Shown: positions 9,108-18,786, counted from the first letter of the stretch. The stretch: 64,000 bases of DNA from an uncultured Ktedonobacterales bacterium (GCA_964522745.1 CAZFWN010000007.1:707-64706), one strand, 5' to 3'. Program-made: numbers and translations. Notes: generated by a model from the letters alone, not told the origin.

Positions 9108-11029
9108 GTCAAGAGCAGCGTAGACCACAACAACCCGGTGGCATGCAGGGTGGTCCGATGGGCCGAGGGGGCTGGGGCGCGATGGGCATGCCGGTGCAAA
9201 AAGCGAAGGATTTCAAGGGAACAGCCAGGAGGCTGCTTACCTATTTCAAGCCCCAGAAATATCTCTTGCTGGTTGTACTTGCGACGGCCATCCTGGGCAC
9301 GGTGTTCAACATTGTTGGCCCCAAGATTCTCGGCCTGGCGACCACTAAACTCTTCGACGGCTTGATAGCGAAATATAAGGTGTTTCAATTCAATCAACTC
9401 CATCCTCAGCACCCGCTGCCCATGCCTGGGGTTGATTTCACGTACATTGGGACGGTGCTGCTGATTCTGCTTGGATTGTATATCATCAGTTCCATCTTCA
9501 TGTACATTCAGCAGTATGTGATGGCAGGAGTGGCGCAAAGGACGGTATATGGGTTGCGCCGCGAGGTCGAGGAGAAACTGTCGCGCTTGCCGCTGAAGTA
9601 TTTTGACTCGCGCACGCATGGCGAAATCTTGAGCCGCGCTGTCAATGATATGGATAATATTAGTTCCACGTTGCAGCAGAGCATTACGCAGTTGATTTCC
9701 TCTGCTGTAACTGTCCTTGGCGTGATTGTGATGATGCTGCTCATCAGTCCGCTATTGAGCCTGGTGGTGCTGCTCACGCTGCCGCTGAGCGTGCTTGTCA
9801 CGCTGGGACTTGCGAAACGCTCACAAAAGAATTTCCGCAATCAGCAACGGGCGCTTGGGCAACTCAACGGCCATGTCGAGGAAATGTACACGGGCCATAA
9901 GATCGTCAAAGCCTTTGGGCACGAGGCCCAATCCATCGCTGAATTTAAGGAGCTAAACGAGAAGCTCTATCAGGCCGGCTGGCGGGCGCAATTTGTTTCG
10001 GGCATGATTATGCCGCTGATGCGGGCCATTGGCAACCTGGGCTATGTCTTTGTGGCCGTTATTGGTGGCATCATGGTGACGAACGGCACGCTCGCGCTTG
10101 GCGATGTGCAGGCATTTATTTCATATGCCCAGCAGTTCACTATGCCAATCACCCAGCTTGCCAACTTTGCCAATGTCATTCAATCAACGATGGCTTCGGC
10201 TGAGCGTATCTTTGAGTTGCTTGATGAGCCGGAAGAGGTGCCGGAGGCCGTTGACGCGAAGGTCATCGAGGCTCCCAAGGGCGCGGTCCAATTCGAGCAT
10301 GTTCAGTTTGGCTATAAAGAAGATGCCATTCTGATGGAGGACATGAATATCGATGTCCAGCCCGGACAGATGATCGCGGTGGTTGGCCCGACTGGCGCGG
10401 GCAAGACCACGCTGGTCAATCTGCTGATGCGTTTCTATGAAGTCAACAGTGGCAGGATTCTGGTTGATGGCATAGACATCACGCAGATCAAGCGCGGTGA
10501 GTTGCGCCGCACGTTCGGCATGGTGCTTCAGGATACGTGGCTCTTCAATGGGACCATCCGCGATAACATCGCCTATGGTCGTGAGAATGTTACGGAAGAA
10601 GAGATCGTTCGGGCTGCTAAGGCGGCCTATGCCGACCACTTCGTCAGGACGCTGCCCGATGGCTATAAAACGGTTTTGAACGAAGAGGCGAGCAATATCT
10701 CGCAAGGGCAAAAGCAATTGCTGACGATTGCCCGCGCGTTCCTGGCCGACCCGGAAATCTTGATTCTGGATGAAGCGACCAGCAGCGTCGATACCAGGAC
10801 CGAGCAGCAAATCCAGAAGGCGATGACCGACCTGATGAAAGGCAGAACCAGCTTTGTGATCGCTCATCGGCTCTCCACCATTCGGGATGCCGATCTGATT
10901 CTGGTGATGAATCATGGCACGATCATCGAGAAGGGTACGCACAAAGAGTTGTTGGAGCAGAATGGCTTTTATGCTGATCTGTACAACAGCCAGTTCACTG
11001 CCCGAACCCTTGTGGAAGAGGCGGTATAA
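9104..11029 (+). CDS. ABC exporter, fused permease/ATPase (heterodimer subunit 2)
   Basis: 641 aa. It has Walker A 'GPTGAGKTT', signature 'ISQGQKQLLTIAR' and Walker B 'ILILDEATS'. A 4-nt ATGA overlap joins it to the upstream gene. Confidence 0.9.
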   Translation: MSQEQRRPQQPGGMQGGPMGRGGWGAMGMPVQKAKDFKGTARRLLTYFKPQKYLLLVVLATAILGTVFNIVGPKILGLATTKLFDGLIAKYKVFQFNQLHPQHPLPMPGVDFTYIGTVLLILLGLYIISSIFMYIQQYVMAGVAQRTVYGLRREVEEKLSRLPLKYFDSRTHGEILSRAVNDMDNISSTLQQSITQLISSAVTVLGVIVMMLLISPLLSLVVLLTLPLSVLVTLGLAKRSQKNFRNQQRALGQLNGHVEEMYTGHKIVKAFGHEAQSIAEFKELNEKLYQAGWRAQFVSGMIMPLMRAIGNLGYVFVAVIGGIMVTNGTLALGDVQAFISYAQQFTMPITQLANFANVIQSTMASAERIFELLDEPEEVPEAVDAKVIEAPKGAVQFEHVQFGYKEDAILMEDMNIDVQPGQMIAVVGPTGAGKTTLVNLLMRFYEVNSGRILVDGIDITQIKRGELRRTFGMVLQDTWLFNGTIRDNIAYGRENVTEEEIVRAAKAAYADHFVRTLPDGYKTVLNEEASNISQGQKQLLTIARAFLADPEILILDEATSSVDTRTEQQIQKAMTDLMKGRTSFVIAHRLSTIRDADLILVMNHGTIIEKGTHKELLEQNGFYADLYNSQFTARTLVEEAV

Positions 11030-11031
11030 GC

Positions 11032-11068
11032 GAGTTGCCGCCGGATAAGAATTATCCGGCGGCAACTC
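11032..11068 (+). terminator. Terminator hairpin after the ABC exporter pair
   Basis: Perfect 16-bp stem GAGTTGCCGCCGGATA / TATCCGGCGGCAACTC with a 5-nt loop, immediately after the stop codon. There is no strong T-tract. Confidence 0.55.
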
Positions 11069-11145
11069 ATCTCACAACATAAAGCACCCTGGAGGGAAAG
11101 ATGGTACACTTGAGGTAATGTACCAGCGAGGAGGGACCAGCCAGG

Positions 11146-14100
11146 GTGTATCTAAAACGGTTAGAGTTGCAGGGGTTTAAGAGCTTTGCAGCGCGCACTG
11201 AGCTTGAATTTTCACCAGGGATTACGGCGATTGTCGGGCCAAATGGCAGTGGGAAGAGCAATGTGGCCGATGCCGTGCGGTGGGTGCTTGGTGAGCAGAG
11301 TATGCGCCAGTTACGCGGCAAGAAGAGCGACGATATTATCTTCGCCGGCGCGCAGGGCAAGGCCGCAATGGGTATGGCTGAGGTCTCGCTGCTATTGGAT
11401 AATAGCGCGGGTTGGCTGCCCTCCGAATATACGGAAGTGAAGATCACGCGCCGCAGTTATCGCTCTGGCGAGAATGAATATCTGGTCAATAACAGCAAAG
11501 TGCGTCTGAAAGATGTGCTGCTGCTGCTTTCGCAGGCGCGCATCGGCCATGATTCCTATACAGTTGTTGGGCAGGGGTTGATCGATGCCACGCTGAGCCT
11601 CCGCGCGGAGGAGCGCCGCAGTCTCTTTGAAGATGCTGCCGGAATTCGTCATTTCCAGGCGCAGCGCGATGAGGCCGAAAATAAGCTGTTGCAGACTGAG
11701 CAAAACCTGGGACGGCTGCACGATATTCTGGCGGAGATCGAGCCGCGCCTGGCGCCGCTGGCCGAGCAGGCGCGGCGGGCACGCGAGTACGCGGCTGTCC
11801 ATGCCGACTATCAAAGCCGACTTTCGGCCTGGTATGCCCAACAATGGCAGCGAGTGCAGACCCAGCGTCAGCGCGCCGAAGAGAGCGAGGCGGAGCGGAA
11901 CGACGAACTGGCCCGTGTGCAGGCGGACCTGAGCGCGCGTGATGAGCGCCTGCAAGAGTTGCGGGGCGAGCGGGAACGGGTCACGCTTCGGGTGAATGGC
12001 CTGCGCAGAGCGCGGGGCGAACTCATGGGCCAGATGCAAACGCTGGAGCGTGATGTTGCTGTTGCCGAAGAGCGTTTAGGCAGCCTGACACGGCAGGCCG
12101 GCGAACTGGCGCTGGAGCAGGAGCAGCAGCGCCAGCAGGTAGAAGCAGCAGAGCAGCGGATGCTGGCCTTGCAGCAGCAGCTTGAGGGTCTGGCAGATCG
12201 GGTGATAGAGGGGGATGAGTCGATTCGGGAAATGGAATTGAGCGTTGCTACGCTGCGCCAGCGTCAGGAACAGGAAGATGCCCGGCTGCGCACAGTCCAA
12301 CGCGATGTAATTCAAATCCAGACGCGCCTGGGGGCTTCGCAAAGTGAGCTTGGCCGTTTGCAAAAACAGCTAGGTGAAAGAAATCGTACCCTGGCGGCGC
12401 GCCGTGAAACCCTGGCACAAAGCCAGGATCGGCTCAATACGGCGCAGGCAAAATTAGAAGCGCAGCAGCAGCAGCTTGTTGCTGCCCAGGGTGAAGAGGA
12501 GCAGCTTACTGCCAGGCGCCAGAGGCTCGCGCAGGAAGTGAGCGAGGGGCAGCAAGAACAGGAGCAACTGCGTGAGGCGCTGGGAGATGCCAGGCGCGAG
12601 CGGCGCAGCGTTGCTGACCGCCTGGCACTGCTGCGCGAATGGCGCAGCAATCTGAGCGGCTATGGCGATGGCGTGCGAGCGCTGCTTCAGGCGCCGATGG
12701 GAAAAACGCCGCCGATTTTGGGGACGGTTGCGCAACTGGCATCTGCGCCAGAGGGCATGGAGGTGGCGCTGGAAGCGGCGCTTGGGCCGCTGCTCCAGGC
12801 AGTGGTGGTGCGTTCGGCAGATGATGCGCTGGCCTGCCTGGACTATCTACGCTCCGTTCGCGGTGGGCGGGTGCTGCTTGTCTGGGCCAGCAGCGACCTT
12901 CAGCATGAAGGATCGCCCGGCGGCCAGAAATCTTCTGGCAGTGCTGAGAAAGAGCCTGATAGCTATCTTGGCGGGCGAGCCTCCTCGCTCGTTTCTGCTC
13001 CTCCTGAATACCGCGAGTTGTTTCAACGGCTGCTGGGCGATGCCGTTGTTGTGGAGAGTTTGGGTTCTTCAGGGAATGCGCTTGAGGCTGCCGCCGCCTC
13101 GTTGGTGCCGCAGCGCATTGTGACCGTTACGGGCGAGGTGCTGCATGTGCAGGGATGGCTGAGCGGCGGCCAGGAGGCTGGAGAGTCCCAGGGTATCCTG
13201 GCGCGCGAACGCGAACTGCGCGAATTGCCGGGGCAACTGGAGCAGCACGATGCCGCGATTACAAAGCTGGAGGCATCACTCAACCAGGCTCGCCAGGCCC
13301 AGGAGACACGAAAGCAGGAGTTGACCACCCTTGAGCGCGAGGCACAGCAGGCGGCGGCCCGCATTACTGGGCTGACTCGTGAGATGCAGGGGCTGCGCCA
13401 GGCGGCAGAGCGAGCGCTTAGTGAGCTACAAGTGGGCCGCACGGTCGAAGAACAGTTGGCCGGTGAGGTGGCCGGGCTGGAGCAAGAACTGGCAGCAGCG
13501 CAGGTGCGCGTGGCTGAGCAGGAGTCGGCCTTGCGCGATGCCAATGAGCGAGCGGAAGAGGTGCAGGAGGAGGTTGAGCAGCAGGCCAGAGCGTTCCGCG
13601 AACGGCAGGATGCGCTCAACCGGCAGCGTACTGCATTAGCAGTGCAGCGGCAAGAAGAGAAGGCGCTGGCGCAGAATCTGGAGCAGCAGCGCACCCAGGC
13701 GCGTGAGAGTGGGGCACAGATGAAGCGGCGGGCAGAGCGCCTCAACGAAATGGAGCAGCAGTCTCAGGCGCTCTCTATGCAGACTGAGCAGCAGAAAGCC
13801 CAGCTAGAGCAGGCGCGGGAAGCGGCACACGAGGCTGGCGCTCGGTTGCGTGAGGCTGAGGAGCAGGCGGCAACCCACAATCAGCAGTTGCTTGAACTGG
13901 AGCGCGGGTTGTCCAGTCTGCGCCAGGAACAGACAAAGCTGGAGGTCGAGTATCGGCGCTGCCTGCTGGATGCGCAGCGCAGCCGCGACGCGCTGGAGAC
14001 CCTCGCGCAGCAGATGCAGGAAGAGTTGGGATTCAGCGACCCGACACTGCTCTCGTTGAATGGCAGCGCTGTGGATGGGGCACAGGCAGAAGAGCGTGAT

Positions 14101-14766
14101 GCCAACGCGCTTCGGCGCCAGGTGGATGGGCTGCGCGCGCGCTTGAAAGAACTCAGCAACCATGACCCAAATGCGCCCCAGGAATATGAAGAGGCCCGCG
14201 AGCGCTATGAATTTCTGAACTCTCAGGTTCAGGATATGGAGACGGCTGCGACCAATCTGCGCCAGTTGATTGGCGAACTCGATACGACGATGAAGCGCCA
14301 GTTTGAGGAGACGTTCCACACGGTCAACGAGCATTTTCGCCGCCACTTCACCACGCTCTTTCGTGGTGGGGCGGCGCATCTGGAACTGACGGCCCCCAAG
14401 GATGAGGAACGCAATGGGCCAGCAGGAGGCATCGAGGTGCTGGTGCAGCCACCGGGCAAAAAGGTGCAAGATCTTTCGCTGCTTTCTGGTGGCGAGCGGG
14501 CGCTGGTTTCGGCGGCGCTCTTATTTGCACTGCTTGAAACAAATCCGCCGCCGTTCTGCTTGATGGATGAGGTCGATGCGGCGCTGGATGAATCAAATGT
14601 CGTGCGCTTCTGTGATATTCTCAAAGCGCTTTCGGAGCGCACGCAGTTCATCGTCATCACCCATAATCGGGTGACGATGACCGCCGCCGGCGCGATTTAT
14701 GGCGTCTCGATGGGGGCAGATAGTGTCTCGCGTATCCTCTCGATGCGCCTGGCAGCAGTTGGATAA
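11146..14766 (+). CDS. smc: Chromosome segregation protein SMC
   Basis: 1206 aa. It has 'LELQGFKSF...IVGPNGSGKSN' (Walker A), long Q/E/R/A-rich coiled coils, a central hinge, and the C-terminal 'LSGGERALVSAALLFAL...CLMDEVDAALD'. Confidence 0.95.
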   Translation: MYLKRLELQGFKSFAARTELEFSPGITAIVGPNGSGKSNVADAVRWVLGEQSMRQLRGKKSDDIIFAGAQGKAAMGMAEVSLLLDNSAGWLPSEYTEVKITRRSYRSGENEYLVNNSKVRLKDVLLLLSQARIGHDSYTVVGQGLIDATLSLRAEERRSLFEDAAGIRHFQAQRDEAENKLLQTEQNLGRLHDILAEIEPRLAPLAEQARRAREYAAVHADYQSRLSAWYAQQWQRVQTQRQRAEESEAERNDELARVQADLSARDERLQELRGERERVTLRVNGLRRARGELMGQMQTLERDVAVAEERLGSLTRQAGELALEQEQQRQQVEAAEQRMLALQQQLEGLADRVIEGDESIREMELSVATLRQRQEQEDARLRTVQRDVIQIQTRLGASQSELGRLQKQLGERNRTLAARRETLAQSQDRLNTAQAKLEAQQQQLVAAQGEEEQLTARRQRLAQEVSEGQQEQEQLREALGDARRERRSVADRLALLREWRSNLSGYGDGVRALLQAPMGKTPPILGTVAQLASAPEGMEVALEAALGPLLQAVVVRSADDALACLDYLRSVRGGRVLLVWASSDLQHEGSPGGQKSSGSAEKEPDSYLGGRASSLVSAPPEYRELFQRLLGDAVVVESLGSSGNALEAAAASLVPQRIVTVTGEVLHVQGWLSGGQEAGESQGILARERELRELPGQLEQHDAAITKLEASLNQARQAQETRKQELTTLEREAQQAAARITGLTREMQGLRQAAERALSELQVGRTVEEQLAGEVAGLEQELAAAQVRVAEQESALRDANERAEEVQEEVEQQARAFRERQDALNRQRTALAVQRQEEKALAQNLEQQRTQARESGAQMKRRAERLNEMEQQSQALSMQTEQQKAQLEQAREAAHEAGARLREAEEQAATHNQQLLELERGLSSLRQEQTKLEVEYRRCLLDAQRSRDALETLAQQMQEELGFSDPTLLSLNGSAVDGAQAEERDANALRRQVDGLRARLKELSNHDPNAPQEYEEARERYEFLNSQVQDMETAATNLRQLIGELDTTMKRQFEETFHTVNEHFRRHFTTLFRGGAAHLELTAPKDEERNGPAGGIEVLVQPPGKKVQDLSLLSGGERALVSAALLFALLETNPPPFCLMDEVDAALDESNVVRFCDILKALSERTQFIVITHNRVTMTAAGAIYGVSMGADSVSRILSMRLAAVG

Positions 14767-14778
14767 TGAGGTGGGCTG

Positions 14779-15123
14779 ATGACGTTACCCCTGGTGTCCA
14801 TTGACGATTTCCAGCGCGTTGAGATGCGGGTAGGGCGCATCCTTGAGGTTGAGCCATTTCCAGAAGCGCGCAAACCGGCCTATAAACTGCGCATTGATTT
14901 TGGGCCGGAGATCGGTGTAAAACAATCGAGCGCTCAGTTGACGGCTTTCTATGCGGCAGAGCATCTGGTAGGCCAGCTTGTTGTCGGTGTGGTCAATTTT
15001 CCGCCACGTCGCGTGGCCGGCTTTCAATCAGAAGTGCTGGTGTTGGGTGCTGCGGACGCTGATGGGTCGGTAGTGCTGTTATATCCAGAACGGGATGTGC
15101 CGCTGGGCGCGCGTATTTTCTGA
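14779..15123 (+). CDS. tRNA-binding-domain protein (CsaA/YgjH-like)
   Basis: 114 aa. 'FQRVEMRVGRILEVEPFPEARKPAYKLRIDFG...VVGVVNFPPRRVAGFQSEVLVLG' fits the OB-fold tRNA-binding domain pattern. Confidence 0.75.
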   Translation: MTLPLVSIDDFQRVEMRVGRILEVEPFPEARKPAYKLRIDFGPEIGVKQSSAQLTAFYAAEHLVGQLVVGVVNFPPRRVAGFQSEVLVLGAADADGSVVLLYPERDVPLGARIF

Positions 15124-15215
15124 GCCGGGGGCAGAGTATCCAGGTAAATACAGGAATTCTGTGTCAGGATGCTCTGTGTTTCTTTCTGCCAACAAGAACG
15201 ATGTTGAGGGTATGT

Positions 15216-15842
15216 ATGACGATAGGATCGCGGGCGCGTGATACTGGCCTCACGTTGCGTCCCCATGTGTATTATCTGGAAATGATTGTTGGGCCGATGT
15301 TTAGCGGCAAATCTGAAGAACTGATACGCCGTGTACGGCGGGCAATGATTGCCGAACAAGAGGTCAAAGTATTCTCTCCTGCGCAGGATACTCGTACCAG
15401 TAACGGTTCGATCACCTCGCGCAATGGTCTGACAGTGGTGGCAGAACAAGTTGGAGAGGTGCGCAAATGCCGTGATCGCCTGCTTTCGCTGCCGCATATG
15501 CCAGAAGTGGTTGCGTTTGATGAGGCGCAATTTTTTGATGCCGGGTTGGTAGCGCTGGCCGAGGAATTAATTGCAAGCAATGTGCGCGTGATTGTTGCCG
15601 CTCTTGATCTTGATTTTGCTGGGCGCCCCTTTGGCCCGGCCATCCCCCATTTGCTGGCAATTGCCGACCGGGTAGATAAGCTGACTGCTGTGTGCGCGGT
15701 CTGTGGGTCTGAAGCTGCCGTGCGTACCCAGCGCCTGGTGGATGGACAGCCAGCAACGAAAGAGAGTCCGCTCGTTCTGGTAGGCGATAGCGCGGAAGGC
15801 TACGAGGCTCGCTGCCTGCGCTGCTATGAGCCGCCAGGCTAG
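15216..15842 (+). CDS. tdk: Thymidine kinase
   Basis: 'GPMFSGKSEELIRR' is the P-loop, 'FDEAQFF' follows, and the C-terminal zinc lasso is 'CAVCG...CLRCY'. The ATG at 15216 lies 5 nt after GAGGG; the ORF track start is 15201. Confidence 0.9.
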   Translation: MTIGSRARDTGLTLRPHVYYLEMIVGPMFSGKSEELIRRVRRAMIAEQEVKVFSPAQDTRTSNGSITSRNGLTVVAEQVGEVRKCRDRLLSLPHMPEVVAFDEAQFFDAGLVALAEELIASNVRVIVAALDLDFAGRPFGPAIPHLLAIADRVDKLTAVCAVCGSEAAVRTQRLVDGQPATKESPLVLVGDSAEGYEARCLRCYEPPG

Positions 15843-15872
15843 GGCTGATGTACCAACCACGAGTTGCTCTCG

Positions 15873-17198
15873 CTATTTGCGTTCAGCCTCGGCTACAGGA
15901 GTGATGTCCTGAGCGATGATTGGGGCAAGTTCTTCCCACTCGATGCTGGTCTGGCGCCCGTTGTCGAATTCCTCCATAAGCCAGGCATATACTTTTTGTA
16001 GACGAGGATCGTCTTTGGGAAGATCGAGACCTGTGTGCTGACGGATGAGAAAAATCAGCCCGGCAAGCCCGCTCTCCTTGGTCAGTGATACCTCAAGCGG
16101 TCTGCCAAGCAGTTGAGGAACATTGAAGGGGGCGTACATCCACCAGAATTTGTTGAGGCCGTCGGCGTGGACGCCGGCCCTGGTGCGATGCGCATCGCGG
16201 CCATAGAGGGGATATTTAGGGGGAACAGGCTCCTTCATTTCAGCATACAATGCTACGAGCGCATTGAGTGCTGTGAAATCCGGCTGCTTTTCATGGAAGT
16301 AGCCCATACCGATGAGGTGCATCAAGACGGCTTCAAGAGGAGCGTTCCCTGTTCGCTCACCTTTGCCCAGGGCTGTGCCATTGATGACACTACAACCGGC
16401 GCGCACGGCTGCCAAACAATTGGCGACGACAAGCCAGGTATCGTTATGTGGATGAAACTCCAGGTCGGCAGAGCGCAGGCCCAATTTGTGTATCTCTTGG
16501 AAGATACGGGGAATGCTGCGGGGTAACGCAACCTCTTCATAGGGCAATCCAACGCCCATTGTATCGCAGATGCGAAATTTCGGGCGCAGTTCGGAACCAT
16601 AGGCGGCGCTCATCTCTTGAACATTCTCAATGAATGGACGGAGAAAGTCCATTGGAGCGCGCGTGGCGTCCTCCAGATGGAGCCTGGGGCGGATTCCCGC
16701 ATCCAGCGTCATTTTCAGCGCCTCCAGGTAGGTTTGCGCGGCCTGATTTCTGCCTCCAGGCTTGAACTTGTGGAAGGTATGATAATCAGAAGCAGAGGCA
16801 AGCATTCCTGTCTCATGAATACCCAGATGTTGAATGAGGCCAACATCTTTGGTTGTTGCGCGAATCCAGGTCGTCGGCTCTATCGGAGCGCCGCTCTGAT
16901 AGCGCTCCAGGGCGCCTTCAAGCGCTGCGCGATCCGAGGGACGGTAGACGAAAAACTCAGCCTGTCTGATTGCTCCAGAGTCAGCAGTGAAACGGCAGAA
17001 TATATCGTAGATTTTGATACTCTGCTCAGTTGAGAGTGGGAGTCCTCCTTGCTGGCCGTCTCGATGGGTCGTCTCTGTCGTCCAGGCATCCCCAGGCAAC
17101 GTCGCAGGCCGATTTGTCCATTCATACGTGGGAAACGCATCGCGCGGAAAACTCGTAAGGAAATATTCAGGCTCTGCTGGCTCTGGAATGGTGTGCAT
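15873..17198 (-). CDS. HMGL-like (DRE-TIM) family synthase, homocitrate/isopropylmalate/citrate(Re)-synthase-like
   Basis: 441 aa. 'TTETTHRDGQQG' is a variant of DTTLRDGEQ, and 'HPHNDTWLVVANCLAAVRAGCS' is the HxH metal site. AGGAG precedes the ATG. Substrate specificity cannot be assigned by eye. Confidence 0.65.
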   Translation of the reverse strand: MHTIPEPAEPEYFLTSFPRDAFPTYEWTNRPATLPGDAWTTETTHRDGQQGGLPLSTEQSIKIYDIFCRFTADSGAIRQAEFFVYRPSDRAALEGALERYQSGAPIEPTTWIRATTKDVGLIQHLGIHETGMLASASDYHTFHKFKPGGRNQAAQTYLEALKMTLDAGIRPRLHLEDATRAPMDFLRPFIENVQEMSAAYGSELRPKFRICDTMGVGLPYEEVALPRSIPRIFQEIHKLGLRSADLEFHPHNDTWLVVANCLAAVRAGCSVINGTALGKGERTGNAPLEAVLMHLIGMGYFHEKQPDFTALNALVALYAEMKEPVPPKYPLYGRDAHRTRAGVHADGLNKFWWMYAPFNVPQLLGRPLEVSLTKESGLAGLIFLIRQHTGLDLPKDDPRLQKVYAWLMEEFDNGRQTSIEWEELAPIIAQDITPVAEAERK

Positions 17199-17276
17199 CT
17201 TTTCTGCTCCTGATCGTTCTTCTGCCTTTGCAGTTTTGTTGTCTACGCATCTTTTATTGAACTCGCTGGCAATCCA

Positions 17277-17326
17277 TTTATGTAGATTTATGTAGATTAT
17301 AGACGATTTATATCGATTTGTCTAGA
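17277..17326. repeat. Five tandem 10-bp direct repeats (consensus TTTATnTAGA)
   Basis: The units are TTTATGTAGA, TTTATGTAGA, TTATAGACGA, TTTATATCGA and TTTGTCTAGA, read directly. The array sits in the divergent intergenic region between 17198 (-) and 17414 (+). Confidence 0.8.
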
Positions 17327-17332
17327 TGAAGG

Positions 17333-17361
17333 TTGACGAACGTTTGAGCGGCCCATATACT
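17333..17361 (+). promoter_or_regulatory. Sigma-70-like promoter for the HTH gene
   Basis: TTGACG (17333-17338), a 17-nt spacer, then TATACT (17356-17361). It begins 6 nt after the repeat array. Confidence 0.45.
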
Positions 17362-17413
17362 TATCGGCAGTAACAGGTAGCGAGAGTCCCTGTGCTGGAA
17401 AGGGAACGTTTGT

Positions 17414-17695
17414 ATGGTGGTCATGAACGGGGAAGAGTATCTTACTGCTGAGGAGGCTCGCAGTCTGCTGGGTGTGAAGGCGGCGACCCTTTATACCTAT
17501 GTGAGTCGAGGGTTGCTTGCAAGCTACCGACAAGGAATGAAGCGCCAGCGGCTCTATAAAAAAAGTCAGGTAGAAGGGTTGATAGCCCTTGAGCCTGGCG
17601 GAAAGCCTGAAGAGCCACGCTCCCATCCGACTGCTGAGGCGACCCCTGATGAGCCAATCATTCCCTCTGCGGACTCGTGGATTCCTTACGTGTAG
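17414..17695 (+). CDS. Small helix-turn-helix (excisionase/MerR-type HTH_17-like) DNA-binding protein
   Basis: 93 aa. 'YLTAEEARSLLGVKAATLYTYVSRGLL' is a typical HTH, and the C-terminal tail is Pro/Glu-rich. Confidence 0.6.
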   Translation: MVVMNGEEYLTAEEARSLLGVKAATLYTYVSRGLLASYRQGMKRQRLYKKSQVEGLIALEPGGKPEEPRSHPTAEATPDEPIIPSADSWIPYV

Positions 17696-17728
17696 AGAAC
17701 GGTAGTGTCTGGAGCGTTTGCACTGAAA

Positions 17729-17767
17729 AAGCCGCCGATGTCAGCGATAGACTGACATCGGCGGCTT
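17729..17767. terminator. Bidirectional terminator hairpin between convergent genes
   Basis: AAGCCGCCGATGTCAG / CTGACATCGGCGGCTT forms a 16-bp stem with a 7-nt loop. An A-run flanks the 5' side and TT the 3' side. Confidence 0.6.
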
Positions 17768-17799
17768 GGATTTGCGGGGTGTGATGCTGTGATCCTTCC

Positions 17800-18786
17800 C
17801 TAGCGATTCCGGGCTACCATGAAGTAGGTTAATTCATCAAGCACCGCGCGATCTTTGCCTGGTGGAAAGATCGCGAGCGCAACGCGGGCGCGCTCAGCAA
17901 AGTGTTCGGCTCTGTCTAAGGCGGCATGGATACCTGGACTTTGTGCCACCCAGCGGACGATGGTGTTTACATTGTCATCGTTGGAACGCTTCGAGGTGAG
18001 GATGTCACGGACCTCATCGTTATGGCCGTTGTTTTGGGCCTGGAGTGCATAGATCAGCGGTAAGGTGATAAGACCCTGGCGCAGATCGTTGCCGGCGGGT
18101 TTGCCAATACTTTCTTCAGAGCCGGTGTAGTCAAGGACATCATCCACAATTTGGAACGCAATACCCAGATTGAGTCCAAAGTCATAGAGCGCCTCAGCCT
18201 GCTCTGGCGTCGCGTTACTGACTATCGCGCCACCTTTGCAACATGCTGCCATTAAACAAGCGGTTTTACGAGAGATTCGTTCCAGATAGGCATCAACCGA
18301 AAGATCAAGTTTACCCGCAGAGAGTGTTTCCAGGATGGTGCCTTCACAGACGGTAGCAACGGTCTCGGAGAAGAGACGGATCACGCGGGTATCATTGAGA
18401 TCAGCAATAATCCCAGCAGTGCGAGCAAAGAAATAATCACCTAACAGGATGGCAACGCCCTCACCCCAGCGAGCATTGATGGTTGGCATGCCCCGGCGGG
18501 TGTCAGCATGATCGATGATGTCGTCGTGAATGAGCGTTGCCAAATGGACCATCTCAAAAGCAACGCTTACCAGCAACAGTCTCTCAAAGAGATAATCACC
18601 AAGTTTGCCAGAAAGGAGGGTGAGCGCGGTTCGCAGGCGTTTGCCAGGCGAACTGAGCGCGTAGGCGCCAGCCGCATTCAGAATATCAAGCTCAGAACGG
18701 GCGCGCTCCTGAAATGTTTGCTCTACTACATCGAGGTCTTGCTGGATGCCGGAGAATAAGCGGCTCAACGTGGCCGTGTCGTTCAT
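17800..18786 (-). CDS. Trans-polyprenyl-diphosphate synthase (hepta/octaprenyl type)
   Basis: It has the first DDxxD in 'LIHDDIIDHADTRRG' and the second in 'FQIVDDVLD'. The ATG at 18786 lies 5 nt after GGGAGG; the ORF track start is 18798. Confidence 0.9.
   Translation of the reverse strand: MNDTATLSRLFSGIQQDLDVVEQTFQERARSELDILNAAGAYALSSPGKRLRTALTLLSGKLGDYLFERLLLVSVAFEMVHLATLIHDDIIDHADTRRGMPTINARWGEGVAILLGDYFFARTAGIIADLNDTRVIRLFSETVATVCEGTILETLSAGKLDLSVDAYLERISRKTACLMAACCKGGAIVSNATPEQAEALYDFGLNLGIAFQIVDDVLDYTGSEESIGKPAGNDLRQGLITLPLIYALQAQNNGHNDEVRDILTSKRSNDDNVNTIVRWVAQSPGIHAALDRAEHFAERARVALAIFPPGKDRAVLDELTYFMVARNR

Noticed and set aside
5240-11065. Long antisense ORFs inside the nucleoside hydrolase and ABC exporter genes (5240-5929, 7380-8198, 10184-11065)
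   Set aside because: Each overlaps a sense-strand CDS with unmistakable family motifs. The antisense products are His/Arg/Gln-rich with no motif or RBS.
11186-14660. Many 60-240-aa ORFs in both orientations inside smc (e.g. 13023-13745, 12312-12650, 11392-12039)
   Set aside because: They lie within a continuous 1206-aa SMC frame with canonical head, hinge and coiled-coil features. Their Ser/Cys/Ala/Arg-rich products are typical alternative-frame artefacts of GC-rich coiled-coil codons.
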